64,000 nucleotides of DNA from an uncultured Solirubrobacterales bacterium (GTDB lineage Bacteria; Actinomycetota; Thermoleophilia; Solirubrobacterales; 70-9), in the NCBI GenBank assembly GCA_963805075.1, contig CAWDSZ010000001.1:72862-136861 (forward strand). The letters run 5' to 3'. The first letter of the stretch is position 1. Each line of letters opens with the position of its first letter. A program made the position numbers and the translations under genes. The notes under the pieces were generated by a model, which saw only the letters and a list, made by a program, of their open reading frames with translations, was not told the origin of the DNA and ran no database searches. Positions 50,807-59,529 of the stretch are shown piece after piece.

Positions 50807-51817
50807 ATGCGGCAGCTGACCTACGCGGAGGGCGGAAAGCCCGAGTGGCGCGAGGCCCCCGAGCCGGGCCTCGAGGGCGACCGCGAGGCGCTCGTGCGCC
50901 CGGTCGTGGTCGCCACCTGCGACCTCGACCTGCTGGTGACGCGTGGCCATGTCCCCGTCCAGGACGGCCTGCCGGTCGGCCACGAGGGCGTCGCCGAGGT
51001 GGTCGAGGTCGGAGACGCCGTGACCTCGGTCAAGCCCGGCGACCTGGTCAGCGTTCCCTTCCAGGTGTCCTGCGGCGAGTGCGCGAGCTGCCGCCGCGGC
51101 CGCACCGGCAACTGCCAGAGCGTCGGCAGGATGGCCACCTACGGGATCCCGATCGGCGAGAACTACGGCGGCTTCCTCAGCGACCTGGTCCGGGTGCCGT
51201 TCGCCGACGCGATGCTGCTCGGCGTCCCGGAGGGGGTGGAGCCGGCGGCGGTCGCCAGCCTCTCGGACAACATCCCCGACGGCTGGCGCGCGGTGGGGCC
51301 GCAACTGCAGGAGGAGCCGGGCGCCGAGGTCCTGGTCTGCGGCGGCGGCGGGTCGATCGGCCTCTATGCCGTCGCGATCGCCGTCGCGCTCGGCGCCGGC
51401 CGCGTCGACTGGGCCGGCGGCAGCGACGCGCACCGGGAGCTGGCGGAGTCCCTCGGCGCCAACCTGCTCGACCGGGAGTTCCCCGAGCGGCTCGGTCCCT
51501 ACCCGATCACCGTGGACTTCAGCGGCACCCACGAGGGCCTTGCCTGCGCCCTGCGGTCAACCGCGCCGGACGGGATCTGCACGATCAACGCGATCTACTT
51601 CGAGCCGCTGACCCCGGTGCCGATGCTGGAGATGTACTCGAAGATCATGCGCGTGGACACCGGCCGCGTCCACGCCCGGCCGGCGATGGACGAGGTGCTG
51701 GGGTTGGTGCGGGACGGCAAGCTCAGCCCCGAGCGGGTGACGGCCGAGACGGCCGCCTGGGACGACGCCGCCGAGGCGGTCGCGGGCCACGGCGGCAAAC
51801 TGGTGATCAGTCGCTAA
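50807..51817 (+). CDS. Zinc-type medium-chain alcohol dehydrogenase/reductase
   Basis: GHEGVAEVVEVGDAV, structural-zinc CGECASCRRGRTGNC, and the nucleotide loop VCGGGGSIGLY. Confidence 0.85.
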   Translation: MRQLTYAEGGKPEWREAPEPGLEGDREALVRPVVVATCDLDLLVTRGHVPVQDGLPVGHEGVAEVVEVGDAVTSVKPGDLVSVPFQVSCGECASCRRGRTGNCQSVGRMATYGIPIGENYGGFLSDLVRVPFADAMLLGVPEGVEPAAVASLSDNIPDGWRAVGPQLQEEPGAEVLVCGGGGSIGLYAVAIAVALGAGRVDWAGGSDAHRELAESLGANLLDREFPERLGPYPITVDFSGTHEGLACALRSTAPDGICTINAIYFEPLTPVPMLEMYSKIMRVDTGRVHARPAMDEVLGLVRDGKLSPERVTAETAAWDDAAEAVAGHGGKLVISR

Positions 51818-51896
51818 GGGGTCGTCAGGCCGCAGGTCTTGGAGCGGCGCGCAAGCGCCGCGACTGATGCGGGCGGCCGCTACGACCCCGCCTGAC
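51815..51896. repeat. Structured palindromic intergenic repeat, copy B (72-nt core 51818..51889)
   Basis: It has the same TAA + GGGGTCGTCAGGCCG .. GCGCCGCGACTGATG .. CGGCCGCTACGACCCC + G-NN-TGAC layout as copy A. The inner hairpin here is GCGGCGC-GCAA-GCGCCGC. It lies between convergent stop codons. Confidence 0.8.
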
Positions 51897-53055
51897 TACT
51901 TGTTGAGCGGCAGCGGCCGCAGGGAGCTGATCTCGGGCTGCTTGAACAGCAGGCGCATCGAGTCGTCGGAGGCGAAGAAGAAGAACGCCCCGCCGCCGCG
52001 CTTGAGCCCGGCGCGGGCGCAGGCCGCGGCGGTGGCGGGCGAGGTCTTCGTGATCGCCATGCCGGCGCTCGGGTTCGGGGTGTCGCTGAAGGAGACCTGA
52101 AGCGAGAGGTTGTTGAGGGTCGGGCGCGCCTGCTTCTTGAGCTTGCGCCGAATCGTGATCTTCCGCTTCTTGCCCTTGCCCTTGCCCTTGCCCTTGCGCT
52201 TGACCGTCTTGGTGATGAACTTGAACTTGTACTGGTCGAACAGCGTCTTCACGCGGGAGCTGTAGCCGCCCGCCCCCCGTTGGCGCAGGCGTCCTGGATC
52301 TGGACGCTGAGCGGGCCCAGGTGGCGGCCGCCGAGGCGCCGGTTCTTCTTGTCCAGGTCCTGGGCGATCTGACCGAAGTTCCAGCCCGAGTGGTCGACCG
52401 GGACGAGGCCGCTGCGCTTGCTTGCCCCCAGGGGGTTTACGGCCAGCGTCGCGGCAAGCCTGCCGTCCCACTGCTTGACCCGCGGATAGGCGACCTTGAA
52501 GTTGTAGTTCCAGGGCGGGCGGCCCGGGTCGCTGGCGCGGCCGCCGTTCCAGTCCATCGGCTCGAAGTCGGTCATCAGCGAGTAGACCGCGGGGTGATCG
52601 AGCAGGGTGAACGCGTAGCCCGGGACCGTCGGGTCGAGGCTCATCCCGTTGAGGGCGATGATCCGGTTGCAGGGGAACGCAGAGCGCAGGTTGGTCGCGA
52701 GCTGGGTGGCCAGGGCGGGCGTGGACTTCTCGAAGCGGGTGTTGATCACGAAGATGTCCTGGGGGCGGACGCGGCCGCCGAGCCCGCCGGTCGCCGAGTC
52801 GAAGTTGGTGTAGGTGTCGACGTTCTCCTGCTGGTTGATCCGGATCAGCATCGTGAACCTCACGGGTCCCGAGCCCTTCGGGCTGAGCCCGGCGGGCAGC
52901 GCCGGGCAGTTCGCGTCGGCCTTGATCCCGCCGTTCGGCGCGGCGGGCGCCGGAGCAGCGGCGGCCCCGAGCAGCAGCGCGAGGGCAACCGTGAGGGCGC
53001 CGAACGAGGCGAGGGCGGTGCGCCCCCGGTTGGGTGTGGACGAAACTCCTGCCAT
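51896..53055 (-). CDS. Secreted hypothetical protein with internal (GK)n/Lys-rich insert (frame change at C6 run 52273-52278)
   Basis: The signal ..ALASFGALTVALALLLGAAAAPAPA is in ORF 52249..53055. The C-terminus is in ORF 51896..52471, with ..VKRKGKGKGKGKKRKITIRRKLKK... I recognised no family. Confidence 0.55.
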
Positions 53056-53122
53056 GACTGGACGGGCACGGAAGCTAGCCCGTCCCTACCCCGAACACGG
53101 TAGGACGCTTGCAGTCGCGCTG

Positions 53123-53138
53123 GGGGTCGTGAGGCCGG
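53123..53138. repeat. Partial copy of the left arm of the palindromic repeat
   Basis: GGGGTCGTGAGGCCGG matches 15 of the first 16 positions of copy A. No matching right arm was seen. Confidence 0.4.
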
Positions 53139-53155
53139 CTAAGGCGGTGCCGGGA

Positions 53156-54646
53156 TTACTCGCGGACGACCCGGATGGTCTTCAGGGTTCGGTCGCTCGC
53201 CCCTCGTACCAGGCCGCCGTGGGCGAGCGAGTCGCCGATGTACGCGAGCGTCGCGGCCGTCAGGCGTTCGCCCGGCAGCACGTTCGGGACCCCGGGCGGA
53301 TAGGCCGCCAGGGACTCGGCCGCGATCCGGCCCTCGGCGTCGTCGAACGGCACCACCTCCTGAGCGCCCAGGAAGGCGTCGCGCGGGGCCAGCTCCAGCG
53401 GCCCCCAGGGCGGGGGCTCCGCGAAGGCGCGGCGCTCCTCGACGTCGGAGGGCCCGATCTCCTCGACTGCGTGCTCGAGGGCCTCGATCAGGCGGTCGGC
53501 GGTGGGGCCGGCCTTCTCGCCCATCCCGAAGACCGCGACGATCACGTTCTCGGAGTACAGCTCGACCTGGACGTCGTCGTGCTCGCTCATCAGTTTCGCG
53601 ATCCTGTGGCCGGTTGCGCCGGTGCCCCGCACGTCCACGGACAGCCTCAGCGGATCCCAGGCGTACACGCTCTGGCGGTCGGCCAGCTCCTCGTCCAGCA
53701 CGTCGAACCCCGGCATCGCGACGATCCGCTCCCGGGCGCGATTCAGCGTCTCGAGGGTCTCGGTCAGGAGCTCCTGACCCTTGGTCGCAGCGAAGCGCCG
53801 CTGCGCGTCGAGCGAGGCGGTCAGCAGGGCGCTCGGGCTCGTGGACTCGACCAGGGTCACCGAGCGATCCATCAGGCCCTCATCCACGAGCTCCTTGCGC
53901 CCGAGGTGCAGGATCGCCGATTGGCCGAGGCTGCCGACGATCTTGTGCGTGCTCGACAGCACCACGTCGGCGCCGCAATCGAGGGCGCCCGCCGGCAGCG
54001 AGTCGTGGAAGTACATGTGCGCGCCCCAGGCCTCGTCGACCACCAGCGGCAGGCCGCGGGCGTGTGCGATCTCGGCCAGTTCCGCCACCCGTGCGACGGC
54101 GCCGAAGTAGGTGGGCGAGACCAGCATCACCGCCTCGGCGTCCGGGTTCTCGTCCAGGGTCCGATCCAGCGCCTCGGGCATCACGCAGTGGGCGATTCCC
54201 AGGTCCGGATCGATCTGCGGCGCGACGAACGCGGGGCGAAGTCCCGACAGCACCAGGCCGTCGATCACCGAGGAGTGAACGTTGCGCTGCACCACGACCG
54301 TGCCGCGGTCGGGCGGGCCCGCGCGGGTGGTCTCGGGAGCGTGTGCGAAGGTCATGCAGATCGCGTGGTTGCCGCCCGATGCGCCATTCAGCAGGAACCA
54401 GCTCCGCTCCGCCCCCCACGCGTCGGCGGCCAGCTCCTGGGCACGCTGGAACGGCGTCGGCTCGGGGCCGAGGTCGATCCACTCCAACCCGGCCGGCAGG
54501 TCGTGCAGGATCGCCGCCGGGCCCAGCGCCTCCTTCAGCGCGGGGTCGACCCCGTAGCCCTTGTGCCCGGGGATGTGCAGCCGCCCGGCGTCGCGCTTGA
54601 CGTGGGCGACGAGCGCGTCGAGGTAGGGGGCTTCCGACTGGTCCAA
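53156..54646 (-). CDS. PLP-dependent Orn/Lys/Arg decarboxylase (Bacillus SpeA-type family)
   Basis: This is the C-terminal part of ORF 53156..55978. The TTG at 54646 lies 2 nt after the ALDH stop. Motifs: ..HIPGHKG.., ..SSTHKIVGSLGQSAIL (PLP Lys) and ..AYPPGVPNVLPGE... Confidence 0.8.
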   Translation of the reverse strand: MDQSEAPYLDALVAHVKRDAGRLHIPGHKGYGVDPALKEALGPAAILHDLPAGLEWIDLGPEPTPFQRAQELAADAWGAERSWFLLNGASGGNHAICMTFAHAPETTRAGPPDRGTVVVQRNVHSSVIDGLVLSGLRPAFVAPQIDPDLGIAHCVMPEALDRTLDENPDAEAVMLVSPTYFGAVARVAELAEIAHARGLPLVVDEAWGAHMYFHDSLPAGALDCGADVVLSSTHKIVGSLGQSAILHLGRKELVDEGLMDRSVTLVESTSPSALLTASLDAQRRFAATKGQELLTETLETLNRARERIVAMPGFDVLDEELADRQSVYAWDPLRLSVDVRGTGATGHRIAKLMSEHDDVQVELYSENVIVAVFGMGEKAGPTADRLIEALEHAVEEIGPSDVEERRAFAEPPPWGPLELAPRDAFLGAQEVVPFDDAEGRIAAESLAAYPPGVPNVLPGERLTAATLAYIGDSLAHGGLVRGASDRTLKTIRVVRE

Positions 54647-54648
54647 AG

Positions 54649-56148
54649 CTAGGCGCCGTGGGGCTCGCCGCCGCCGGAGTACTCCGAGTAGGGGTACCAC
54701 CACTCCTTCGGGGCGATCTCGGACTCGATGTGGACGTGCTTGGTCTCCTGGAAGGCTTCCAGGCCCTCGCGGCCGAGCTCCCGCCCCAGCCCCGACTGCT
54801 TGAAGCCTCCGAACGGCCCCGCGTCGTTGTCGGTGAGCGGGTCGTTGAACCAGACGGTGCCGGCCTTCACCTCGCGCATGCAGCGCAGGATCGTCTTGAA
54901 GTCCTGGGTGTAGATGTTCGCGCCGAGCCCGTAGGGCGTCGAGTTGGCGAGCTCGATCGCCTCGTCGACGCTCTTGACCGGGACCAGCGGTGCGACGGGG
55001 CCGAAGGTCTCCTCGCTGAGCAGCGCGGTCTCGGCGTCCGCCCCGGTGACGACGGCGGGCGCGTAGAAGTGCCCCCGCTCGTTGCCGGCCGTGTCGCCGC
55101 CGGCCAGCAGCTCCGCCCCGGCGCCCACCGCGGCCTCGACCTGGCCCGCGACCTTGGCGCGCTGGGCGGCCGAGACCATCGGGCCCAGGTCGGTGTCCCC
55201 GCTCATCGGGTCTCCGACCACGAGGCCCTTGGCGACGTCGACGAACGCGTTCACGTAGTCGTCGTAGATCTCCTCCTGCACGTAGAAGCGCTCGGCCGAG
55301 GTGCAGACCTGGCCGGCGTTCAGGTACGCGGCCCAGGCGCCGCCGCGGGCGGCGACGTCGAGGCGGTCCGCCATGTCGGCGCAGACGATGAACGGGTCCT
55401 TGCCTCCCATCTCGAGGTTGACGCGAGCGACCCGGTCCATGCAGGCGTGACCGACCTTCTTGCCGGTCTCGACCGAGCCGGTGAACGCGACTCCGTCGAT
55501 GCGGGGATCGGCGGTGATGGCGGCGCCGACGTCCCCGGCGCCGGCGACCAGGTTGACCACGCCGGGCGGCAGGTGCTCCACGCAGGGGGCGAGCATCAGG
55601 GTCGAGAGCGGGGTCACCTCGGATGGCTTGCAGACCGTGGCGTTGCCGGCGGCGAGCGCGGGCGCGAGCTTCCAGGCGAGCAGGAGCAGCGGGTAGTTCC
55701 AGGGGACGATGCAACCCCAGACGCCATGTGGCTCCTTCAGCACCATCGCCAGCTGGGTGGACTCGATCGAGGGGATCACCCGGCCGGCCGAGTCGCGGCC
55801 GATCTCGGCGTAATAGCGGAAGCAGGCGACCACCCAGCTGACCTCGTCGGTGTTCTCGATCAGGGGCTTGCCGCCCTCCATCGTCATCGTCTCGGCGAGC
55901 TCGTCGGTGCGCGACTCGATCCGGTTGGCGAGCTCGTGCAGGAGCTCGCCGCGGTCCACGGCGGGCGTGCGCATCCACTCCTTCGACGCCTCGCGCGCAG
56001 CGCCGATCGCGGCGTCGAGCTGCTCGTCGCTCGGCGCCCCGACGGTCGCGAACGTCTTCTCGGTGAAGGGGTTCTCGACCTCGATCGCGGTGCCCTCGCC
56101 GGCGACGCGCTCGCCGCCGATCAGGAGCTCTGTCTCGAGCTTCGCCAT
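54649..56148 (-). CDS. NAD(P)-dependent aldehyde dehydrogenase (aminobutyraldehyde DH-like by context)
   Basis: ..IVPWNYPLLL.., FTGSVETGKKV, VNLEMGGKDP, NAGQVCTSAERF (catalytic Cys) and EETFGPV. Confidence 0.9.
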   Translation of the reverse strand: MAKLETELLIGGERVAGEGTAIEVENPFTEKTFATVGAPSDEQLDAAIGAAREASKEWMRTPAVDRGELLHELANRIESRTDELAETMTMEGGKPLIENTDEVSWVVACFRYYAEIGRDSAGRVIPSIESTQLAMVLKEPHGVWGCIVPWNYPLLLLAWKLAPALAAGNATVCKPSEVTPLSTLMLAPCVEHLPPGVVNLVAGAGDVGAAITADPRIDGVAFTGSVETGKKVGHACMDRVARVNLEMGGKDPFIVCADMADRLDVAARGGAWAAYLNAGQVCTSAERFYVQEEIYDDYVNAFVDVAKGLVVGDPMSGDTDLGPMVSAAQRAKVAGQVEAAVGAGAELLAGGDTAGNERGHFYAPAVVTGADAETALLSEETFGPVAPLVPVKSVDEAIELANSTPYGLGANIYTQDFKTILRCMREVKAGTVWFNDPLTDNDAGPFGGFKQSGLGRELGREGLEAFQETKHVHIESEIAPKEWWYPYSEYSGGGEPHGA

Positions 56149-56575
56149 GGGCGCGTGATGCTATCCGGGGGTCCGACCAACCGCCCGGGCACGACTTGTG
56201 CGAAATGGAAAAAGGTGGCGGGGTTGGGCGGCCAGGGGGAGAAGGAAGCTGACCGCCCGAACCCCCCGCCCGCGCCGAGGCGAAGCCCGGCGTCGACGAG
56301 GCGCGTTATGTGGGCGGGCGCCGGAGTAGGGGGTCTCCGAACGCCCGCCCGCTGCCTCGACTCACCAATCGCGTACCCGTCGCGGACGATCGTAAACACG
56401 CCTTCCCGCTAGTGCGTTGAAAACGATCGCCGCCGAAAAACGGAAAGTCCGTACCCAATTCCTGTTAGTTTGGTTTTCGCCCCGGGTCGCTCCCGGCGCT
56501 TCGGGGGAAGTCCGTGTCGCGCGCCAGTTTGGAACGGCGGCGTCGGCGGACGCTTGCGAGGAGAACGACATAGCC

Positions 56576-57388
56576 ATGGACGACAGCGCCTCGACGGGCG
56601 AGCACCTGACCCCTTCACCGGGTCCCGACGAGCAGCTCGCCGACGAGAAGGCGCTGCTGCGCCGCTACGCCGAAGATCCCTCGCCCGCCGTCCGCGAGGA
56701 GCTGGTCGAGCGCTTTATGCCACTCGCGCGCCGGCTCGCCTCCAGGTACTCCGGCGGCGCCGAGCCGTTCGACGACCTGGTCCAGGTCGCGAGCGTCGGC
56801 CTGGTCAAGGCGATCGACCGCTACGAGCCCGAGCGGGGGACGGCCTTCTCGACCTTCGCGGTCCCCACGATTCTCGGCGAACTCAAGCGTCACTTCCGCG
56901 ACCGGGGCTGGTCGATCCACGTGCCTCGCGAGGTGCAGGAGCGGATCCTCAAGGTCGAGCGGGCCCTGGCCGAGCTGCCCGCGCGTCTGGGGCGGGCTCC
57001 GACCGTGGACGACATCGCCGAGAGGCTGGGCGTCAGCACCGAGCAGGTGCTGGAGGCGATGCACGCGTCGCAGGGGCACCACGCCGTCTCGCTCGATGCC
57101 TCGCCCGCGATGGGCGACGGCGAGGAGCCGGCGCCGCTTCGGGAGCGGATCGGCAGCGAGGACGTCGGGTATGACACGGTCGAGTACGGCGCCGCCATCG
57201 AAGGCGCCCTCTCGGAGGTCTCCGATCGCGACCGCGAGATCCTGCACCTGCGATTCGTCGAGGACCTGACACAGAGCGAGATCGCCGAGCGCGTGGGCAT
57301 CTCGCAGATGCACGTGTCGCGCATCCTGCGCGCCACGCTCGACGACCTCCGGAGCGCGGTCTCCGAGGACGAGGACGAATCGGGCTAG
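56576..57388 (+). CDS. SigB/SigF-type (group 3) RNA polymerase sigma factor
   Basis: The ATG at 56576 lies within ORF 56417..57388. Region 2 is DLVQVASVGLVKAIDRYEPERGTAFSTFAVPTILGELKRHFRD. Region 4 is LTQSEIAERVGISQMHVSRIL. Confidence 0.88.
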   Translation: MDDSASTGEHLTPSPGPDEQLADEKALLRRYAEDPSPAVREELVERFMPLARRLASRYSGGAEPFDDLVQVASVGLVKAIDRYEPERGTAFSTFAVPTILGELKRHFRDRGWSIHVPREVQERILKVERALAELPARLGRAPTVDDIAERLGVSTEQVLEAMHASQGHHAVSLDASPAMGDGEEPAPLRERIGSEDVGYDTVEYGAAIEGALSEVSDRDREILHLRFVEDLTQSEIAERVGISQMHVSRILRATLDDLRSAVSEDEDESG

Positions 57389-57392
57389 CCGG

Positions 57393-58214
57393 TTAGCTGC
57401 CCGAGACCTCGAACTCGAGGTACTCGGCCGGTGAGCCGTCCGGCGCGGTCGCCGTCGTCACCTCCATCGAGGACGCCAGCCCGCGCAGCGACCTGCCGTC
57501 CTCTGGGATCTCCATCTGGGCCAGGATCCGCTCGCCGCCCCCCTCGACCAGGGGTCCCACCCGCACGTCGAGCGCGCCGTCGCCGTCCTTGATCGCCAGC
57601 TCGACGCGGCCGCTCGAGAAGTCATCGGCGCCGTGCGCAGAGACCGCGTCACCGAGCAACATCGTGTCGGCCAGGCGATCGACGGAGAACTCCGCGCGCG
57701 CCGCGAGGGCGCCTATGACCCTGGCCAGCACCGGCCGCACGATCGCAGGGCCGCTGATCTGCATCGCCAGCTCCTCCGCGGCTTCGACCGGCACGGTGCC
57801 GTTGCCCGGGTGCGACCCCGCGAGGTCGAAATGCATCGTCATCCGGGTCCCCTCCCCGGCCGCACCGGAGATCTCGAAGCTGTCGGAGAGGGCGGCGATC
57901 AGGGGCAGCCCCAGGCCCAGCGAGAGCTCGTCGCCGACGCTGGTGCTGGGCTGAAAGCCGCTGCCGCGGTCCCGCACCTCGATCGCTATCTCCCCCTCGT
58001 CCGCGGTGGCGGTCACCTCGAGCGGGCCCTCCTCGGCGCCCTCGTAGGCATGCAGCACGACGTTGTTGCACGCCTCGGTGACGACGGTCTTGAGGTCGTC
58101 CACCCGGGGGGTTGGGATCCCGAGGGCCTCGCCCACCCCGGCGACGGCCTGCCGGACGACGATCACGTTCTCGGGGCGCGCCGGAAGCACCAGGTGCAGC
58201 TCGCGATCGCTCAC
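57393..58214 (-). CDS. Anti-sigma factor serine kinase (RsbW/SpoIIAB-like) with ~130-aa C-terminal extension
   Basis: The HATPase N box is TEACNNVVLHAY and the G1 box is VRDRGSGF. At 273 aa it is about twice the usual RsbW length. Its start overlaps the STAS gene stop. Confidence 0.8.
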   Translation of the reverse strand: MSDRELHLVLPARPENVIVVRQAVAGVGEALGIPTPRVDDLKTVVTEACNNVVLHAYEGAEEGPLEVTATADEGEIAIEVRDRGSGFQPSTSVGDELSLGLGLPLIAALSDSFEISGAAGEGTRMTMHFDLAGSHPGNGTVPVEAAEELAMQISGPAIVRPVLARVIGALAARAEFSVDRLADTMLLGDAVSAHGADDFSSGRVELAIKDGDGALDVRVGPLVEGGGERILAQMEIPEDGRSLRGLASSMEVTTATAPDGSPAEYLEFEVSGS

Positions 58215-58615
58215 GATCCCTCCCCGGCCGGAGCGCGCGAGGCCGCCTCGACGGCTTCCTCCCTGCTCGCGTGCACCGGCAGCTCCGCGCGCAGGCCCGT
58301 GATCTCCAGCACGCGGGTCACGGCCTGGGAGCCGTCGGCGTGGGCCACGGCGAAGCCGACGCCCGTGTCGGACGAGCGCCGGACCCCCTCCAGGATCACG
58401 CCGAGGATCGACGAGTCGACGAAGCTCGCACCCGTGAGATCGACCACGACCCCGCCGCCGGCATCGATCTGTTCCTCGAGGCGCTGCCGGAGTTGGGGCG
58501 CCGTATTGAGGTCATGCTCGCCGCTGATCGCAACTACTGAGATGCCGCCGTCCGTTCGCTCGAGGTCGATCTCCCCGATCTGCACATCATCCGAGTTACC
58601 TTTTTCGGGGCTCAC
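58211..58615 (-). CDS. STAS-domain anti-sigma-factor antagonist (RsbV/SpoIIAA-like)
   Basis: ..VVAISGEHDLNTAPQLR.. and ..VVVDLTGASFVDSSILGVIL (phosphorylatable Ser context). The start is the GTG at 58615. Confidence 0.85.
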   Translation of the reverse strand: MSPEKGNSDDVQIGEIDLERTDGGISVVAISGEHDLNTAPQLRQRLEEQIDAGGGVVVDLTGASFVDSSILGVILEGVRRSSDTGVGFAVAHADGSQAVTRVLEITGLRAELPVHASREEAVEAASRAPAGEGS

Positions 58616-58620
58616 TCAAA

Positions 58621-58636
58621 CCTCCGCAAGCGGAGG
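58621..58636 (-). promoter_or_regulatory. Hairpin that pairs the rsbV-like Shine-Dalgarno with an upstream anti-SD (also a possible pot-operon terminator)
   Basis: The sense strand reads CCTCCG-CTTG-CGGAGG-TTTGA-GTG. GGAGG lies 5 nt before the GTG at 58615, and the hairpin starts 11 nt after the potC stop. Confidence 0.55.
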
Positions 58637-58647
58637 CCACCGGCGGG

Positions 58648-59529
58648 TCAAATTTCCTGCTCGGGACGCACGGAGGCGAGTTGCTCCGCGCGGCGCTGCT
58701 GCCACAGGACCAGGGCGATCGCTATCACCGTGACCGCGAACAGCATCGTCGCCAGCACGTTCACCTGGACGGGGATGCCGCGCAGGCTGGCGCCGAAGAT
58801 GTAGAGCGGGAAGGTCACCGTGGTTCCCGAGTTGAAGTTGGAGATGACGAAGTCGTCCAGCGAGAGCGCGAACGCCAGCAGCGCCGCCGCCACGATTCCG
58901 GGTGCGAGCAGGGGGAAGGTGATCAGGCGGAAGGTCGTCAGCGGCTTCGCGCCGAGGTCGGCGGCGGCCTCTTCGATGCTGCGGTCGAACCCGATCAGCC
59001 GCGAGCGCACGACCACGACGACGAAGCTGATGCAGAACATGACGTGGGCGATGAACAGGGTCGTGAAGCCGAGGTCGACCTTGTAGGTGATGAACAACGA
59101 CAGCAGGGCGGCGCCGATCACGATCTCGGGCGTCGCCATCGGCAGGATAATCAGCAGGTTGGTGGCGCGCCGGCCGAAGAACTCGTAGCGGACCAGCGCC
59201 ATCGCCATCAGCGTGCCGATCGCCGTCGCCGCGACCGTGGTCAGGGCGGCGAGCTGCAGGCTCTTGACCATCGAGTCGTTGACTGCCTCGACCGCGAACG
59301 CGTCCTTCCAGTAGTCGAGGCTGAAGCCGTCCCACGCGAAGTCGAGCTCGCCCTGGGCGGTGCCGGTCTCGAACGAGAACAGCGCGATCACGGCGATCGG
59401 GACCACCATGTAAGCGACCGCGAGACCCGCGTAGATCAGCAGCGCGTTGCGGCGCAGCCAGGCCCAGGCGCGGGCGGGCAGCGAGGTCGAGGTCGAGCGG
59501 ACGGGGGCTGTGGTCGTGGCGGCTTCCAT
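58648..59529 (-). CDS. potC: Spermidine/putrescine ABC transporter permease
   Basis: This is the C-terminal part of ORF 58648..60399. The ATG at 59529 overlaps the potB stop (ATGA). The EAA-type loop is ..SIEEAAADLGAKPLTTFRLITFP... Confidence 0.85.
   Translation of the reverse strand: MEAATTTAPVRSTSTSLPARAWAWLRRNALLIYAGLAVAYMVVPIAVIALFSFETGTAQGELDFAWDGFSLDYWKDAFAVEAVNDSMVKSLQLAALTTVAATAIGTLMAMALVRYEFFGRRATNLLIILPMATPEIVIGAALLSLFITYKVDLGFTTLFIAHVMFCISFVVVVVRSRLIGFDRSIEEAAADLGAKPLTTFRLITFPLLAPGIVAAALLAFALSLDDFVISNFNSGTTVTFPLYIFGASLRGIPVQVNVLATMLFAVTVIAIALVLWQQRRAEQLASVRPEQEI

Noticed and set aside
54647-55978. The upstream 444 codons of the 940-aa minus-strand ORF 53156..55978.
   Set aside because: This part is an alternative frame of the well-supported aldehyde dehydrogenase gene. 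The decarboxylase homology begins only at the TTG at 54646.
56149-56575. A 427-bp intergenic region upstream of the sigma gene and ALDH. I looked for a SigB/F-type GTTT-N-GGGTAT promoter, a riboswitch or a small ORF. I noted a stem-loop formed by GGGCGGGCG (56312-56320) and CGCCCGCCC (56342-56350).
   Set aside because: No spacing-compatible GTTT/GGGTA pair exists and no riboswitch consensus was recognisable. The listed ORFs there are low-complexity. A single GC-rich stem-loop in GC-rich DNA is not sufficient evidence on its own.
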